Source of the DNA: an uncultured Burkholderiales bacterium
Lineage (GTDB): Bacteria > Pseudomonadota > Gammaproteobacteria > Burkholderiales > Burkholderiaceae_C
NCBI GenBank assembly: GCA_903941205.1
Contig: CAJAOB010000396.1
Span: 1-47,822, forward strand
Reading direction: 5' to 3'
Length of the DNA: 47,822 nt
Below the pieces are notes generated by a model. It had not been told where the DNA came from. It worked only from the letters and a program-made list of their open reading frames with translations, and searched no databases. Below, one piece after another: positions 7,716 through 16,491 of the stretch (position 1 is the stretch's first letter; each line of letters opens with the position of its first letter). The position numbers and the translations under genes are program-made.

Positions 7716-9722
7716 ATGATCTACGAGCTTGGCCATTTTTCATTGATGCTGGCGCTGCTGGTGGCGCTGGTGCTGGGAATCTTTCCCCTGCTGGGCGTGC
7801 AGCGCGGCCATGCGGCCTGGATGGCGCTGGCGAGACCGGCGGCGTTGGCGCAGTTTGCGCTGGTGGCGCTGTCGTATGCCTGCCTGACGCATGCTTTTGT
7901 CACCCATGATTTTTCGGTCCAGCTGGCGGCCAACCACTCGCACACTGCGCTGCCGCTGATCTACCGCATCACGGCGGTCTGGGGCAACCACGAAGGCTCC
8001 ATCTTGCTCTGGTCGCTGGTTTTGAGCGGCTGGACGCTGGCGGTGGCGCTGCTGTCGCGTCAGCTGGACGCGGCCATGGTAGCCCGCGTGCTGGGCGTCA
8101 TGGGCCTGGTGAGTTGCGGTTTTTTGCTGTTCACGCTGCTGACTTCCAACCCTTTTGAGCGTTTGCTGCCGGCTGCGGCTGATGGCAAGGATTTAAACCC
8201 TTTGCTGCAAGACCTTGGCATGGCGATTCACCCGCCCATGCTCTACATGGGCTACGTGGGTTTTGTCGTGCCCTTTGCCTTTGCCGTGGCGGCGCTGCTG
8301 GCGGGCCGGCTTGATGCCGCCTGGGCACGCTGGTCGCGCCCGTGGACCACTGCCGCCTGGTGTTTCCTGACTTTGGGCATCGCGCTAGGCAGCTTCTGGG
8401 CCTACTACGAACTCGGCTGGGGCGGCTGGTGGTTTTGGGATCCGGTGGAAAACGCCTCGTTCATGCCATGGCTGGTTGGCACGGCGCTGATTCATTCCCT
8501 TTCTGTGACTGAAAAGCGCGGTGGCTTCAAGATGTGGACGGCCCTGCTGGCCATCCTGGCCTTTTCGCTCTCGCTGCTGGGCACCTTCATCGTGCGCTCG
8601 GGCGTGCTCAGCTCGGTCCATGCTTTTGCCACCGACCCGGCGCGCGGCGTTTTCATTTTGATGTTTCTGGTGCTGGTGATCGGCGGCTCGCTGGCACTGC
8701 TGGCGTGGCGCGCACCGGTACTGGAGCGCTCGGGCGGCGGCGGCGCTTTTGCCCCGGTCTCGCGCGAGGCCATGCTGCTGGCCAACAACGTCTTGCTGCT
8801 GGTCGCCACCGCCGCCGTGTTGCTGGGCACTTTGTATCCGCTGGTGATTGACGCGCTCGGTCAGGGCAAGCTGTCTGTTGGCCCGCCTTACTTCACAGCC
8901 GTTTTTGTGCCGCTCATGACGCCGGCCCTGTTTCTGATGGGCGTCGGGCCGCTGGCGCGCTGGCGCCAGGCTGCAGCGGGCGATCTGGCGCTGCGTTTGC
9001 GCTGGGCGCTGGGTGTGAGCGCGGCTTCGGCCTTGTTGGCGGCGGTGATCTTGCAGCAATGGACGCCAATGACCGGGCTGGGTCTGTGGCTGGCGGCGTG
9101 GATCGCCGGGGGCACGCTGGTCAATTTGCTGGAACGGCTGCGCGCCCACCCGGCTGCGGGGCTTGCACAGCGCCTGGCTGCGCAGGCCGGTAGCTATTAC
9201 GGCATGCTGCTGGCCCACCTCGGGGTGGCGGTGTTCATTGTGGGTGTCACGGTGGTCAGCAGCTTTCACAGCGAAAGTGATGTGCGCATGCAGGTCGGCG
9301 AGACGGCCGAGGTTGGCGGATACAGCTTTCGGCTCGAGGGCATCGAGCTGGTGCAAGGGCCCAATTACAGCTCGGCGCGGGCGCGGCTGACCGTCACGCA
9401 CGGCGCACAGGCGCTGGGATTGATGACGCCCGAGCGGCGTGTCTACCGCGTCAGCCGCATGGCCATGACCGAGGTGGCGATTGACCGTGGCATCACGCGG
9501 GATTTGTACGTGGCGCTGGGCGAGCCGGTCAGCGCCACCGCCTGGAGCGTGCGCGTGCACCACAAGCCTTTTGTCAACTGGATCTGGGGTGGCTGCGTGC
9601 TGATGGCTTTGGGCGGCTTGCTGGCGGTGCTGGACCGGCGCTATCGACAAGTGCGGGCGACGCGGGCTGTGCCTCTTGCCTCGGCGGGCGGCTCCGCGGG
9701 GCCGGTGAGGCAGCGCGCATGA
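7716..9722 (+). CDS. ccmF: Heme lyase CcmF
   Basis: MIYELGHF, WGNHEGS, HPPMLYMGYVG, WAYYELGWGGWWFWDPVENASFMPW and VRSGVLSSVHAFA. Confidence 0.96.
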   Translation: MIYELGHFSLMLALLVALVLGIFPLLGVQRGHAAWMALARPAALAQFALVALSYACLTHAFVTHDFSVQLAANHSHTALPLIYRITAVWGNHEGSILLWSLVLSGWTLAVALLSRQLDAAMVARVLGVMGLVSCGFLLFTLLTSNPFERLLPAAADGKDLNPLLQDLGMAIHPPMLYMGYVGFVVPFAFAVAALLAGRLDAAWARWSRPWTTAAWCFLTLGIALGSFWAYYELGWGGWWFWDPVENASFMPWLVGTALIHSLSVTEKRGGFKMWTALLAILAFSLSLLGTFIVRSGVLSSVHAFATDPARGVFILMFLVLVIGGSLALLAWRAPVLERSGGGGAFAPVSREAMLLANNVLLLVATAAVLLGTLYPLVIDALGQGKLSVGPPYFTAVFVPLMTPALFLMGVGPLARWRQAAAGDLALRLRWALGVSAASALLAAVILQQWTPMTGLGLWLAAWIAGGTLVNLLERLRAHPAAGLAQRLAAQAGSYYGMLLAHLGVAVFIVGVTVVSSFHSESDVRMQVGETAEVGGYSFRLEGIELVQGPNYSSARARLTVTHGAQALGLMTPERRVYRVSRMAMTEVAIDRGITRDLYVALGEPVSATAWSVRVHHKPFVNWIWGGCVLMALGGLLAVLDRRYRQVRATRAVPLASAGGSAGPVRQRA

Positions 9723-10252
9723 TGCGGCCCCTGCTGCGCTGGCTGCCGCTGGCGGTGTTTGCCGTGCTTTTAGGGTTTCTGGGTATCGGCTTGCAGCTCA
9801 AGCCGCGCGAGGTGCCGTCGCCCTTGATCAACCGGCCGGTGCCGGCGTTTTCGCTGCCCACGCTGGCGCAGCCGGCGCAAAGCCTGTCCCCACAAGACCT
9901 GCGCGGGCGGGTCTGGCTGCTCAATGTCTGGGCCTCGTGGTGCGTGGCTTGTCAGCAAGAGCACCCGGTGCTGGTTGATTTTTCAAAGCGCCACGCCGTG
10001 CCACTGCTGGGCTTGAATTACAAGGATCGCCGCGACGAGGCGCTGCGCTGGCTGGGCAAGTACGGCGACCCCTACCGCGCCTCGCTGTCTGACACCGATG
10101 GTCGCGTCGGCATTGAACTGGGTGTTTACGGCGTGCCCGAGACCTTTGTCATTGATCGCGAAGGGGTGATCCGCTACAAGCACATTGGTGCCGTGACGCC
10201 AGAGGCTTTGACCGGCATCATCTTGCCGCTGCTGGAGAAACTCGGTGGCTGA
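9719..10252 (+). CDS. ccmG: Periplasmic thioredoxin CcmG/DsbE
   Basis: N-terminal TM, NVWASWCVAC (CxxC), GLNYKD and GVYGVPETF. Confidence 0.94.
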   Translation: MMRPLLRWLPLAVFAVLLGFLGIGLQLKPREVPSPLINRPVPAFSLPTLAQPAQSLSPQDLRGRVWLLNVWASWCVACQQEHPVLVDFSKRHAVPLLGLNYKDRRDEALRWLGKYGDPYRASLSDTDGRVGIELGVYGVPETFVIDREGVIRYKHIGAVTPEALTGIILPLLEKLGG

Positions 10253-10724
10253 ACTCTTGCGCTTGCTGGTTTTGGGCGCCCTGCTGTGGGCCAGTGCGCC
10301 GGCCCATGCTGTCAAGGCCGCGCCGGCGGCCGCCGACCCGGCGCTCGAAGCGCGGGTCATGCAGGTGGCTGAAGAACTGCGCTGCCTGGTGTGCCAGAAC
10401 GAAACCATTGCCGCTTCGCACGCCGAGCTGGCGGTGGATTTACGCCAGCAAATTCGCGAACAGTTGCAGCAAGGCCGCACGCCCGCGCAGATTCTCGACT
10501 TCATGGCCGGCCGTTACGGTGATTTTGTGCTGTACCGGCCACCCCTGAAGGCACAGACCATGCTGCTTTGGATCGGCCCGTTTGTGCTGCTCTTGCTGGC
10601 GGTCTTGACCTTGTGGTGGCAGATTCGCCGCCGGCAAACCGGAACCGACGATGCGGCAGACCTGAGCGCCGCTGAATTTGAGCGTGCGCAGCGCATGTTG
10701 CAAGGTCGCGGGGAGCGGTTATGA
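10245..10724 (+). CDS. ccmH: Cytochrome c biogenesis protein CcmH
   Basis: Signal peptide, LRCLVCQN, RYGDFVLYRPP and a C-terminal TM. Confidence 0.93.
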   Translation: MAELLRLLVLGALLWASAPAHAVKAAPAAADPALEARVMQVAEELRCLVCQNETIAASHAELAVDLRQQIREQLQQGRTPAQILDFMAGRYGDFVLYRPPLKAQTMLLWIGPFVLLLLAVLTLWWQIRRRQTGTDDAADLSAAEFERAQRMLQGRGERL

Positions 10725-12136
10725 CGATGTTCGTCGTAGCAGCTGTGTTGCTGGTGTTTTGCGTCCTGGCGCTGCTGCTGGTGCCACTGCTGGGGCGTCG
10801 GTCCGGACATTTTTTTTCGCTCGCGCCCCCCGCAACAGCCGCTACCAGTGATGCCGCCGACATCACCGACCTCACCGACGTTACCGGCACTGCGGCTGCT
10901 GTGACGGCCAATTTGGCCGTTTTGCGCGAGCAATCCCGGCAACTGGAGGCTGACTACGCAGCCGGTTTGCTGGCTGCGCCTGAGCACGCGACTGCGCGCA
11001 TGGAACTGGCCCGCCGCGCCCTGGAAGAGTCGCCGCAGGGCAGCGCTACGGCGCCGGCCCGGCCGGCGGCTGGCCAGGCCGGTTTGTCGCGGCGCAGCCG
11101 GCCTACTGCGCTGCTGCTGGGCGTGCTGTTGCCAGTGCTGGCAGCGGGGATGTACCTCAGGTTGGGAACGCCTGAAGCCCTGGACACGGCGAGCGTCGCA
11201 GCTGCGCCTGACGGTGGCGGCGCCAGTGGCGAGGTGAAGATGGCACAGGTCGAAGCCATGGTCAGCACCATGGCTGAGCGACTTGAAAAAATGCCGCCTG
11301 GTCAGGCCGATCCGGCTGGTTGGGAGATGCTGGCGCGTTCGCTGGCTTCGCTGCAGCGCTACCCCGAGGCCGACCGTGCCTACGCCCGCGCAATCGAACT
11401 GGCGCCGCGCAACGCCCAGCTGCTGGCCGACCGGGCTGATTTGCTGACCCTGCTACAAGGCCGCAACAGCGTTGGCGAGCCCACCCGCCTGATCGAACAA
11501 GCCTTGCAACTGGAGCCAGACAACCTCAAGGCGCTGGCGCTGGCCGGCAGTGCTGCGTTTGAGCGGCAGGATTTTGCCGCAGCGCTCAAGTATTGGAGTC
11601 GCGCCCGTGCGCTGGCCTCCCCGGGCAGTGACTTTGCCGACGGTCTGGATCGCAGCCTGGAGGCTGCCCGCAGCGGCGCTGGCTCACGGTTGCAGCTCAG
11701 CAGCCAAACCGCTGCGCCGACTTCTGCGCCGGCCTCTGCGCCTGCTCGCGCAGATTCGAGCGCGGGAAACAGCAGCGCACAGACCGCCGGCGCGGCCGGG
11801 CTCAGCGGCAGCGTCAGCATAGCGCCGGCCCTGCGCTCGCTTCTGCAGCCTGGCGATACCTTGTTCATCTTCGCCCGCGCTGCCCAGGGCCCGCGCATGC
11901 CGCTGGCGATCTTGCGTTTGCAAGCCAAAGACCTGCCCGCCAAGTTCACCCTGGACGACAGTCTGGCCATGTCAGCGGAGCTCAAGCTCTCGCGCTTTGA
12001 ACAGGTCGTGGTGCAGGCGCGCATCTCGCGCAGTGGCAACGCACTGCCCCAGGCCGGCGATCTGACCGGCCAGAGCGGCCCGGTCAAACCGGGCGATCGG
12101 GCCGTCCGTCTGACGATTGACCAGGTGCAGCCTTGA
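10721..12136 (+). CDS. ccmI: Cytochrome c biogenesis TPR protein CcmI/CycH
   Basis: Two N-terminal TMs with a leucine-rich linker, YLRLGTP, TPR helices, and a C-terminal domain FIFARAAQGPRMPLA...ARISRSG. Confidence 0.9.
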   Translation: MTMFVVAAVLLVFCVLALLLVPLLGRRSGHFFSLAPPATAATSDAADITDLTDVTGTAAAVTANLAVLREQSRQLEADYAAGLLAAPEHATARMELARRALEESPQGSATAPARPAAGQAGLSRRSRPTALLLGVLLPVLAAGMYLRLGTPEALDTASVAAAPDGGGASGEVKMAQVEAMVSTMAERLEKMPPGQADPAGWEMLARSLASLQRYPEADRAYARAIELAPRNAQLLADRADLLTLLQGRNSVGEPTRLIEQALQLEPDNLKALALAGSAAFERQDFAAALKYWSRARALASPGSDFADGLDRSLEAARSGAGSRLQLSSQTAAPTSAPASAPARADSSAGNSSAQTAGAAGLSGSVSIAPALRSLLQPGDTLFIFARAAQGPRMPLAILRLQAKDLPAKFTLDDSLAMSAELKLSRFEQVVVQARISRSGNALPQAGDLTGQSGPVKPGDRAVRLTIDQVQP

Positions 12137-12209
12137 CAGGCTCAAGCCTGCCAGCGCGGCGGCCGGGTTGCCAAAGACCTTGGCGCACGCCATCCGGCGA
12201 GGTTAGAAC

Positions 12210-13118
12210 TCAGACGGGCGAAAAATAGCGTTTGATCACCAGCTCCGCAACCTGCTCGGGCTGCTCTTCGTGTGCCAGATGTCCTAAGCCTGGCAGCTGC
12301 GTCAGGCTGGACGGCAAGCCGGCAGGAAGACGCGCCAGTACCCGTTGGGCCTGCGCGGGCGGCACCGTGTGGTCACGGGCTCCCACCACCAGATCCAGCG
12401 GCGACTGCAGCCTGGACAGCTGATGCGCCAGCGTTTGCAGGTCCCAGTTCGCCATCATGCCCAGCGCGCCCGCCGCATGACCGGCGCTGCTGACCAGTCG
12501 GCCGTACAAGGCCATGCCCTCTGCGTCCAGCGTGGAGCCGGTGCTGGCGAGCAGTCGAGCGAGTACCGCCGGCTCGGCCGCCCGCGCCGAGAAAAAACGC
12601 GGCACCAGCGAACTGCTCGCCATGAGTTTGGCTACGGGCGAAAAAAGCTGACCGGCCAGCCCGCGCAGGGGCAGCAGGGCGGCATTCAGGCCCATGATGG
12701 CGCGCGGCTGCACCCGCGCGTCCAGCGCCATGCGAACGGCCACAGCGGCACCTGCCGAATGACCGATGACCAGCGTCGGTCTGACATCAAGGGTTTGCAG
12801 CAAGCCGGCGACGGCCTCAGCCATGCCGGGCAGCGACAACTGCGCCGAAGCCGCACCGCCGGAAGGCATGCCGGTGAAAGCGTGGCCGGGCAAATCCATG
12901 GCGATGACTTGCGCATGTTGCGCGAGCAAGGGCGCCAGGCCCCGCCAGGAATGCGTGGACGAGCCGGTGCCATGAACCAGCAGGACGCGCTGGTGCGGCT
13001 GATCTGGCTGCAGCCAGTGCTGCACATGCCAGCGCAGGCCGGCGGCCTCGATGAAGCGGCTGCGCTCGCGGTGCGGCCAGTCCCGCCCATCGCGTTCCCA
13101 GACCAGGCGCTCGCTCAT
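12210..13118 (-). CDS. bchO: Alpha/beta hydrolase, magnesium-chelatase accessory protein
   Basis: DWPHRERSRF, LVHGTGSSTHSW, GHSAG nucleophile elbow, GHLAHEE; directly downstream of bchD. Confidence 0.88.
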   Translation of the reverse strand: MSERLVWERDGRDWPHRERSRFIEAAGLRWHVQHWLQPDQPHQRVLLVHGTGSSTHSWRGLAPLLAQHAQVIAMDLPGHAFTGMPSGGAASAQLSLPGMAEAVAGLLQTLDVRPTLVIGHSAGAAVAVRMALDARVQPRAIMGLNAALLPLRGLAGQLFSPVAKLMASSSLVPRFFSARAAEPAVLARLLASTGSTLDAEGMALYGRLVSSAGHAAGALGMMANWDLQTLAHQLSRLQSPLDLVVGARDHTVPPAQAQRVLARLPAGLPSSLTQLPGLGHLAHEEQPEQVAELVIKRYFSPV

Positions 13119-13126
13119 GCTGGCGT

Positions 13127-15028
13127 TCAGCGCGCCGCTGTTGCCGAGCCGCTGGCCAGGCGCACGGCTTGCGACAAGCCCTGGGCGCCGGCAAAGGGCA
13201 GCGGCACATAGGCGGCGCCCATGGCCTGGGCCAGCGCTTGCGCCACGGCTTGCGGCTGTGGCGAGGTGTCTATCAGCAAGGCAGTCAGGCCCGCGAGTTT
13301 GAGCAGTTGGGCGGCGTTAAGGGCGTCAGCGCCGGCTTGCGTGCGACCTGGCGTGCCGTCGCGCGCGATGTTGGCGCGGCCGTCCGTGAGCAGCACCACC
13401 ACCGGCGTTTCGCCTTGGCGACCGATCTGTCCGGCGAGTTCGCGCGCTGCATCTATGCCGGTAGCCAGCGGCGTGCCGCCGCCGCCAGGCAGGGCGGCCA
13501 GGCTGCGTTTGGCGCGGGCCAGCGAGCGTGTGGGCGGCAGCAGCAGGTCGGCGATCTGGCCCCTGAAAGCCAGCACCGCGACCCGGTCGCGGCGCACATA
13601 GCAGTCGGCCAGCAGCAATTCGACCGCGCCCTTGGCTTCGGCCAGCCGATGCAGCGCCGAGGAACCCGACGCATCAACCACAAACAGCGTGGTGGTGGAG
13701 CGGTTTTGCTTGAAACGCATGACGTGAAAGTCTTCGCGCCTGACCTGAATGCGGCGCGTCGGGCTGGCCGAAGCGTCCGGCGCATGCGCTGCCTGCCTCA
13801 GCCTTTGCCAGGGCGCAGCGGCGCGCAAGGTGTCCAGCACATGCAGTCTGGCGCCGGCTCGGGGCTCGCTGCGGCGTGTGCCCACAGGTCGGCCGCGCAA
13901 CTGGTTTTTTTGCTCAGCGCCGGACCGCCCGCCTTGGCCGCCCCTGGCCCGCGCTTCCCCGGCTTTCAAGGCCGCCAGCAGGCCGGGCGGTATGGCGGCC
14001 AAGGCGGCTTGCACCACCATTTCCTGCAAGGCTTGCTCGGGGGAGGGTGCGTCGTCAGGTTGTTCTTGGTCTGCATCCTGGGGTCGGTCTTCGGGGGCGT
14101 CCGTCGGGGCTTCGCCGGCTTCGGCCTTGTCGCCAGGCGGCGGTTCCTGGGGCGCAGGCTCGCTGGCTTCCTGCTCGGCGTTGGGTGTCGGGTCTTGTGC
14201 CGGCGCCGGTGGCAGCTGCGTGGCCCGTGGCGCCAGCACCAGCCGGGCGGCCAGTGTGGTGTGCGCATCGTCCACCTGCGTCTGGCCGGTCAGGGCAGCT
14301 GCGGCCCGCGCCACGCGCAGCGCCAATAGCGGCGCCCGCATGGAAGCCACGCCCAGCATGATGGCGCAGGCGCACAGGGCCTCAAGGCTTTGCTCGGTGT
14401 GCGTGACTTGCGGCAGCAGGGCGCGGGCAGCATCAATGTCGCTGCGTTGCCAGCGCTGGTCTGAGGGTGCGCTGGTCAGGTCGGGCCGTGGGCTTGCCAT
14501 GTCCTGCGCGCCATCAAATTGCAGTGAAAACTGAAATGCCAGCCGGTCCAGCAGCGCTGCGGGCAAGCGTTCATCGTCGCTCTGGCCTTCGTCAAAGGCG
14601 ATCAGCGCCAGGCGCGCCGGGCGGCGCTGCGTGAGCCCGTCACGCTCGAGCACCACTTCGCCCTGGTCCAGCACGGCGGCCAGGTGTGCGGCCATACCGG
14701 GCGGCGTGCGTTCGGCCATGCCGAGGAGCAGCAGTCCGCCGTCAGCGCGTGCCAGCAAGCCTTGCTGGGCCACCGCGCGGCCTGCGCTCAGGGTGGCGGC
14801 CAGGTCCAGTCCGCCGAGCAGTGCGGTGTCGCTGGCGTGCAGCGGCAGGCGGTGCACAGGCGTGGCGGCTGGCAGCAGGGCGCGCAGGTATTCAAGCCAG
14901 GCGCTGCGCCACTCGCAGGCGGGGCCGCGCAATGCAGCGCCGCCCAGACCCAGGGGGTCAATGGCCAGCAGGGCGGCCACCAAGGCGGCCTCAGAGTCCG
15001 GCGCTGGAGCGTCCGGCGCGGATGTCAT
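13127..15028 (-). CDS. bchD: Magnesium chelatase subunit D
   Basis: Degenerate AAA domain (LLGGLDLAATL), Pro/acidic linker, TLRAAAPWQ, vWA MIDAS VVDASGSS, GGGTPLA and LTDGRAN. Confidence 0.95.
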   Translation of the reverse strand: MTSAPDAPAPDSEAALVAALLAIDPLGLGGAALRGPACEWRSAWLEYLRALLPAATPVHRLPLHASDTALLGGLDLAATLSAGRAVAQQGLLARADGGLLLLGMAERTPPGMAAHLAAVLDQGEVVLERDGLTQRRPARLALIAFDEGQSDDERLPAALLDRLAFQFSLQFDGAQDMASPRPDLTSAPSDQRWQRSDIDAARALLPQVTHTEQSLEALCACAIMLGVASMRAPLLALRVARAAAALTGQTQVDDAHTTLAARLVLAPRATQLPPAPAQDPTPNAEQEASEPAPQEPPPGDKAEAGEAPTDAPEDRPQDADQEQPDDAPSPEQALQEMVVQAALAAIPPGLLAALKAGEARARGGQGGRSGAEQKNQLRGRPVGTRRSEPRAGARLHVLDTLRAAAPWQRLRQAAHAPDASASPTRRIQVRREDFHVMRFKQNRSTTTLFVVDASGSSALHRLAEAKGAVELLLADCYVRRDRVAVLAFRGQIADLLLPPTRSLARAKRSLAALPGGGGTPLATGIDAARELAGQIGRQGETPVVVLLTDGRANIARDGTPGRTQAGADALNAAQLLKLAGLTALLIDTSPQPQAVAQALAQAMGAAYVPLPFAGAQGLSQAVRLASGSATAAR

Positions 15029-16053
15029 GCACCCATCAACTCGGCCACGGCCCGATCCACCCGCACGGACGAGCCGGCGTCGTCCAGCGGATTGCGCCGC
15101 AGCCGATGGCGCAGTGCCGGACCGGCCACTTGCCTGAAGTGCGCGTCCGTGACGGCTGCGTCGCCTTGCAGCGCGGCCAGCGCGCGGGCGGCGCGAATCA
15201 GCGTCATGTCGCCGCGCAGGCCGTCAGTGCCCAGCGCCATGCACAGCTGCGAAGCGCGTTCGCGGGCCGCTTCCGGCACGGCCACACCGTCCAGGCGGGC
15301 GCGGGCAGACACCACGCGGCGGCGCGTCTTGTCGCCTTCTTTTTTCCATTGCTCGGTAAAACCGGCCGGGTCGCGCTCAAAGTCGTCGCGGCGCCGGACC
15401 ACTTCGACGCGGCTGGCGAGGTCGCCTGGGGTGCGCACTTCGACCGACAGGCCAAAGCGGTCCAGCAGTTGCGGGCGCAGCTCGCCTTCTTCGGGGTTGC
15501 CGCTGCCCACCAGCACAAAGCGCGCCGGATGCCGCACGCTCAGGCCTTCGCGCTCGACCACGTTCTCGCCAGAGGCGGCGACGTCGATCAGCAAATCGAC
15601 CAGATGGTCTTCGAGCAGATTGACTTCGTCGATGTACAGGAAACCGCGGTTGGCCCGCGCCAGCAGCCCGGGCTCGAAGGCCTTGACGCCTTGCGACAGC
15701 GCGCGTTCAAGGTCAAGCGCGCCGACCACGCGGTCCTCGGTGGCGCCCAGCGGCAGGTCAACCACGGGCACCGGCACCAGATGTGTCTTGAGGGGTTTGC
15801 CCGCCGCTTTGAGCGCTGCGCATTCCTCGCAGCAAGGCTGGCCCTCGGCCGGGTCGCAGCCGTAGCGGCAACCCACGACGGAGCGCATGGGCGGCAACAA
15901 GGCCGCCAAAGCGCGAACGGCAGTTGACTTGCCGGTACCCCGGTCGCCCAACACCAGAACGCCTCCGATACGCGGGTCGACGGCGGCGATCAAAATCGCC
16001 AGCTTCATCTCGTCTTGCCCCACGATCGCCGAAAAAGGAAATGTAGTTGCCAT
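15025..16053 (-). CDS. bchI: Magnesium chelatase ATPase subunit I
   Basis: FPFSAIVGQDEMK, GDRGTGKS, YIDEVNLL and NPEEGELRPQLLDRFG. Confidence 0.96.
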   Translation of the reverse strand: MATTFPFSAIVGQDEMKLAILIAAVDPRIGGVLVLGDRGTGKSTAVRALAALLPPMRSVVGCRYGCDPAEGQPCCEECAALKAAGKPLKTHLVPVPVVDLPLGATEDRVVGALDLERALSQGVKAFEPGLLARANRGFLYIDEVNLLEDHLVDLLIDVAASGENVVEREGLSVRHPARFVLVGSGNPEEGELRPQLLDRFGLSVEVRTPGDLASRVEVVRRRDDFERDPAGFTEQWKKEGDKTRRRVVSARARLDGVAVPEAARERASQLCMALGTDGLRGDMTLIRAARALAALQGDAAVTDAHFRQVAGPALRHRLRRNPLDDAGSSVRVDRAVAELMGA

Positions 16054-16148
16054 AGCGCGCCGAGTATTGCACGGCCGATACCCGCTGCTGCTGCGGGATA
16101 GTACTGAACGCGCCGGGTTTGCGCCTGTCGGGCGCGGCCAGCGTCTGG

Positions 16149-16304
16149 CTAGGAACCGGCTTTTTTGTCGGGGCCGGGCGCGCTGGTGTTTTTTCGCGCT
16201 TCTTCGGCCAATCTTTGGGCTTTGGCCTTTTTCACGTCATGCAGTTGCCACCAGGCAAAGACCAGCACCAGGCCGAAAATTCCGAGTTCGATCCACATGC
16301 CCAT
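16149..16304 (-). CDS. Small single-TM membrane protein (51 aa), unknown function
   Basis: MGMWIELGIFGLVLVFAWWQLHDVKKAKAQRLAEEARK...; AAGGA SD 8 nt before the ATG; hydrophobic helix followed by a basic tail. Confidence 0.65.
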   Translation of the reverse strand: MGMWIELGIFGLVLVFAWWQLHDVKKAKAQRLAEEARKNTSAPGPDKKAGS

Positions 16305-16491
16305 GGCGCTGTTCCTTTGCGTTGGCTGAAAATCTGGTTGATGCGATGTCGGCAGTTCCTTCAAAAACTCGCAATGCACCGCTCCTGAACTGTCGGGGAG
16401 CCGTCCTGGCTTGTCAATATGCCGTCGGTAACTTGGGGTTTGCCGGGCAGACTTTTGCTTGGTGCGACTTCGAATCCCGCACAATCACGCC

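Noticed and set aside
14020-14215. Pro/Glu/Asp-rich low-complexity stretch
   Set aside because: This is the normal linker between the AAA-like and vWA domains of BchD.
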